Origin: a virus
Taxonomy: Duplodnaviria; Caudoviricetes
DNA: 24,897 bases
Reading direction: 5' to 3' (one strand)
IMG/VR virus record: IMGVR_UViG_3300036546_000151
Location: 1 to 24,897 of that record
Part shown: positions 21,891 through 24,897 of the stretch, piece after piece
Numbering within the stretch: position 1 is the first letter of the stretch
Layout: each line of letters starts with the position of its first letter
Notes under the pieces: generated by a model
Databases searched by the model: none
Told to the model about the DNA's origin: nothing
The model's input: only the letters and a program-made list of their open reading frames with translations
Program-made: the position numbers and the translations under genes

Positions 21891-24800
21891 TAACCTCCTG
21901 TTCCAAAGGCAAGTCCACGCTTCTTGCTTGCCAAGTCCATTGCCTCGGACATTCTCCGTCCGTCAACCCTAAGGGAGACACGCTGTCCACCCTGTTCGCT
22001 CATGGCCTGCGACACGGCACGGTATACACCATCCGATACAGCGGTTACAATCTGGTCGTTGTTGGCAACTGCGGTGCTTCCACCGATGTTACCCACCAAC
22101 TCAGCCCCTGCCTCACGAGCGATGAACATCTGTCCTTGGTTGGGGAAGCCACCCTCTGCGAACTTAGGCATCATGCCCGAGAAATCAGCTTGTCCTATCT
22201 TTCCAATATCCCACCGACTACCGGGAATAATCTGGTTGACTGATGCTATGATGGCATTGATACCACCAATGAGTAAGTTGGCAATACCTTCAAGGATTGC
22301 TACGCCAATAGCCACTCCGAGTTTCAAGAACAAAGGAAGATTTTCAACGAACACTTCAATGAGCGTCATTACGATAGTCGGAATGGCGTCCACGAGTGCG
22401 AAGATGATGTCCGGCAGTGCCTGTACTATCGAAGCTACAACACTTACCAAAGACTCGATTATCATATTGAGACTGTCTTTGTTTGTGAGCACACCAACAA
22501 TGGTTTCGATTACCTTCGGGATAGCTTCGATGATAGCTGGCATTGCTTCAACCATACCTACAAGAAGATTCTCCAAGAAATCAACTCCAGCTTCAATCAT
22601 GAGAGGTGCAGACTCCAAGAACTTCCCGACAGTACCATCAGCTATATGTTGTGCGAGTGCAAAAATCTGTCCAGCAGGGCCTTCTCCTAGTATTGAGCCA
22701 ATAACACTACCCATAGCTTCTTGCTGTTGAGTAGTAGTGGTACCATCGGAAGGTGCCTTTGCTGGATTGAAAAGTTGTTGTATTTGTTTACTACCTGCAA
22801 ACTTCTCAAAAGAATCGAGCAAGAAACTCACAGCACCTTCTCCCACCTTCTTGAAAGCACGATACGTCTTGCTGAGTACTCCGTCACCTTCCTCGAGGTG
22901 CTCCTTGAGGTTCTCAAAGGCGTCACTGACACCCTTGACGAGCTTTGTGTTCATGAAGGCTTGCCCGAATCCAGCTAGACCACTTGGGAGTCCTGTTGCC
23001 ACCTCAGTGCCGACCTTGAATCCCTTGCTCGCCCATTTACCGATGAACTTGGCCCCTTCTTTCATTTGGTCAAGCACAGGAATTTCACCAAGCCATTGCA
23101 AGCCGTCCCAAATCTTCTCACCGACCAGCACAAGACCTTCTCCGATGTCAGAGTTCATCTGGTCCATTGCTGTGGTAAGGTTTGCTATCGACTCTCCTCT
23201 GTATTTATTATCGTCAGTATATCCAGCAGATGCCATCCGTTCCTTGGATGTCCAACTTGGGACTTGTGTAGGTTGTACCTGTGCTCGTTCAAATATATTC
23301 CAACTTGGGACTTGCGGAGCTTGTACCTGTGCTCGTTCAAATGTATTCCACTTCGGAACGTTCACACCATCAGCGTAGAGAGAGATTCCCCTATCCTTGA
23401 GTTGCTGTTCGTTCATGACGACAGTCTCGCCGTTGTGCTCGGTGACAAGCTCGGGGCCTTTCTCTCCGGCTACGAAGAGATTGCCCTTCTCTGGTACACC
23501 TCCATTAGCATATCCACTAGGAGTATTTCTTGATAATTTTGCTTCATGTGGCTTTAGTGTGTCTCTTATTGCGGTACCTAAGTCAATCAAAGCACCTACG
23601 AGGTCAAACATGCCAAGGACTTTACCTATTCCGGTCTCTTTGAAATTTTCCTCTACCACAGTCGTTTTATCTGATAGCCATTGAAGAGACCTACCCAATG
23701 CGTTTGGGTCTTCCTTTGGACCAAATATTTTATCTGTGCCTGCTTCTATAAGGTTTCTCCAACCAGCACCCAAATCCAAATCGAGCAATGCTACAATATT
23801 AAAGACAATCGCCCCATTTTTTACTGAGCCAGTCAAAGCCGCGGCACCTAACCCAGCAATTATTGCGTTTTTTAGAGTCTTACCTAACTCATCAAACGAA
23901 TCTTGTTCTATGGCATCCGCAATATCAAAACCTATCTTGATTGCTCCCATGGCAGTAAATAATGCCAACAATCCGGTTGGCCCAGCTATCATGCCTCCGA
24001 TGGTTAGTATATGAGCCAAACCCATAATTAAATTGGATGCAAATTTGATGGTTTTCCAAACTATAAATGCTTTTGTCAAGAAAGCAACTGCCTTGGCCAG
24101 CTCACCACCAGTTCCTTCACTCAAATTCTTAAACCAATCTGGGGCAATCAATTCGAACACCGGTTTCAGTGCGTCATTATAGAGTTCCTTGAAGTACTTT
24201 ACAATATCGGTTGCACCATTGGCAATTCCAGTAACAATTTCGTTCATTATACGGAGACCTTCCATCCTGTCCCCGTCCGGCCCTTCACCACCGAATACCT
24301 CATCCCAAAGACCCTTTACCGCAGTCTTGGTGGTCTCGAACACCTTTCCTATCTCGGTAAACAAGGTCTTCCACTTCAAGATGATATCATCAAAAATGCC
24401 CTTACTGGCTTCCATGTTGTTGTTATAATCATCGATACCGAGGTCAATCTGGCTCTTTACATCATCGGCGGTAGGGAACAAGTCCTCTATGCTCATTCCA
24501 CTGAAACCGCTCTCATCGTCACTGAGTACATTCAGCTCATCGATTCCGGTCATGGTGGAGGCACTGTCTCGGGTGTACTTGAGTATCTTGGCCCAGTTCT
24601 TCTGTGTCTTGTCGGTGGATTTCTCGATGTCATTGCTTTCGTCCGCCACGGTTTTCATGAATCCGCCGAGGTCGTCACGAATCTCTGGAGCATCGTATCC
24701 CAATGTCTTAGCCATTTGACGTGCAAGGTCAGCAAGGGCCATGGTAAGACCAATTACCTGCGGAATGAGCGTTTTGATAATGGGGATGGCAACGTTGCCT

Positions 24801-24897
24801 AGTTCACGCATAAGCACGTGGAACTGTTCTCTAAGTATTCTCAGCAAGTTTTCTGGTTGTTCCAAGGTTCGTGCCAAGTCACCCTGTGCATTCTTGG
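21887..24897 (-). CDS. Tape measure protein (5' end beyond the window)
   Basis: Frame is open to the window edge ([21 protein letters not shown]); GIDELNVL, amphipathic repeats and C-terminal FAEGG...[10 protein letters not shown]...ANNDQI. Confidence 0.9.
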   Translation of the reverse strand, partial: KNAQGDLARTLEQPENLLRILREQFHVLMRELGNVAIPIIKTLIPQVIGLTMALADLARQMAKTLGYDAPEIRDDLGGFMKTVADESNDIEKSTDKTQKNWAKILKYTRDSASTMTGIDELNVLSDDESGFSGMSIEDLFPTADDVKSQIDLGIDDYNNNMEASKGIFDDIILKWKTLFTEIGKVFETTKTAVKGLWDEVFGGEGPDGDRMEGLRIMNEIVTGIANGATDIVKYFKELYNDALKPVFELIAPDWFKNLSEGTGGELAKAVAFLTKAFIVWKTIKFASNLIMGLAHILTIGGMIAGPTGLLALFTAMGAIKIGFDIADAIEQDSFDELGKTLKNAIIAGLGAAALTGSVKNGAIVFNIVALLDLDLGAGWRNLIEAGTDKIFGPKEDPNALGRSLQWLSDKTTVVEENFKETGIGKVLGMFDLVGALIDLGTAIRDTLKPHEAKLSRNTPSGYANGGVPEKGNLFVAGEKGPELVTEHNGETVVMNEQQLKDRGISLYADGVNVPKWNTFERAQVQAPQVPSWNIFERAQVQPTQVPSWTSKERMASAGYTDDNKYRGESIANLTTAMDQMNSDIGEGLVLVGEKIWDGLQWLGEIPVLDQMKEGAKFIGKWASKGFKVGTEVATGLPSGLAGFGQAFMNTKLVKGVSDAFENLKEHLEEGDGVLSKTYRAFKKVGEGAVSFLLDSFEKFAGSKQIQQLFNPAKAPSDGTTTTQQQEAMGSVIGSILGEGPAGQIFALAQHIADGTVGKFLESAPLMIEAGVDFLENLLVGMVEAMPAIIEAIPKVIETIVGVLTNKDSLNMIIESLVSVVASIVQALPDIIFALVDAIPTIVMTLIEVFVENLPLFLKLGVAIGVAILEGIANLLIGGINAIIASVNQIIPGSRWDIGKIGQADFSGMMPKFAEGGFPNQGQMFIAREAGAELVGNIGGSTAVANNDQIVTAVSDGVYRAVSQAMSEQGGQRVSLRVDGRRMSEAMDLASKKRGLAFGTGGY
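23251..23350 (-). repeat. 48-nt tandem repeat (two copies plus a remnant) inside the tape measure gene
   Basis: Units at 23251-23298 and 23299-23346, encoding [16 protein letters not shown] / [16 protein letters not shown]. Confidence 0.9.

Noticed and set aside
23251-23350. Tandem repeat as a CRISPR array
   Set aside because: Adjacent in-frame coding repeats with no unique spacers and no cas genes.
21924-23378. Long plus-strand ORFs (268 and 213 aa)
   Set aside because: Antisense shadows of the tape measure gene.
1-24897. tRNA/rRNA genes, integrase, att sites, additional VRs
   Set aside because: None recognised by eye. Intergenic space is minimal, and lifestyle (temperate or lytic) cannot be determined from this window.

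Overview
A 24.9-kb stretch of a tailed dsDNA phage or prophage genome, probably long-tailed, made of two converging arms that meet at a bidirectional terminator near 13960-13993. The + arm (1-13960) carries nucleotide-metabolism and accessory genes (ThyX, dNMP kinase, two YopX-like and three Lar-like proteins). It also carries a replication/recombination module: primase-polymerase/SF3 helicase, SNF2 helicase, a family-B-type DNA polymerase split by an HNH endonuclease gene with its C-terminal half fused in frame to an ERF-like domain, a YqaJ exonuclease, an SSB-like protein and VRR-NUC. An overlapping Rz/Rz1-like spanin pair ends this arm and implies a diderm host. The - arm (24897 down to 13992) carries tape measure, distal tail and tail tip genes, then a complete diversity-generating retroelement (DGR): tail fibre with variable repeat, hairpin, avd, template repeat and reverse transcriptase. 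A fibre chaperone, a class-3 lipase and a holin follow. Most notable: (i) the DGR has 12 adenine-specific TR/VR mismatches, its own consensus promoter, and an RT frame that apparently reads through the TR; (ii) holin + lipase + spanins with no recognisable endolysin in the window; (iii) the split and fused polymerase; (iv) a small EF-Ts N-terminal-domain look-alike. All protein calls come from motif recognition by eye; no database searches were run.
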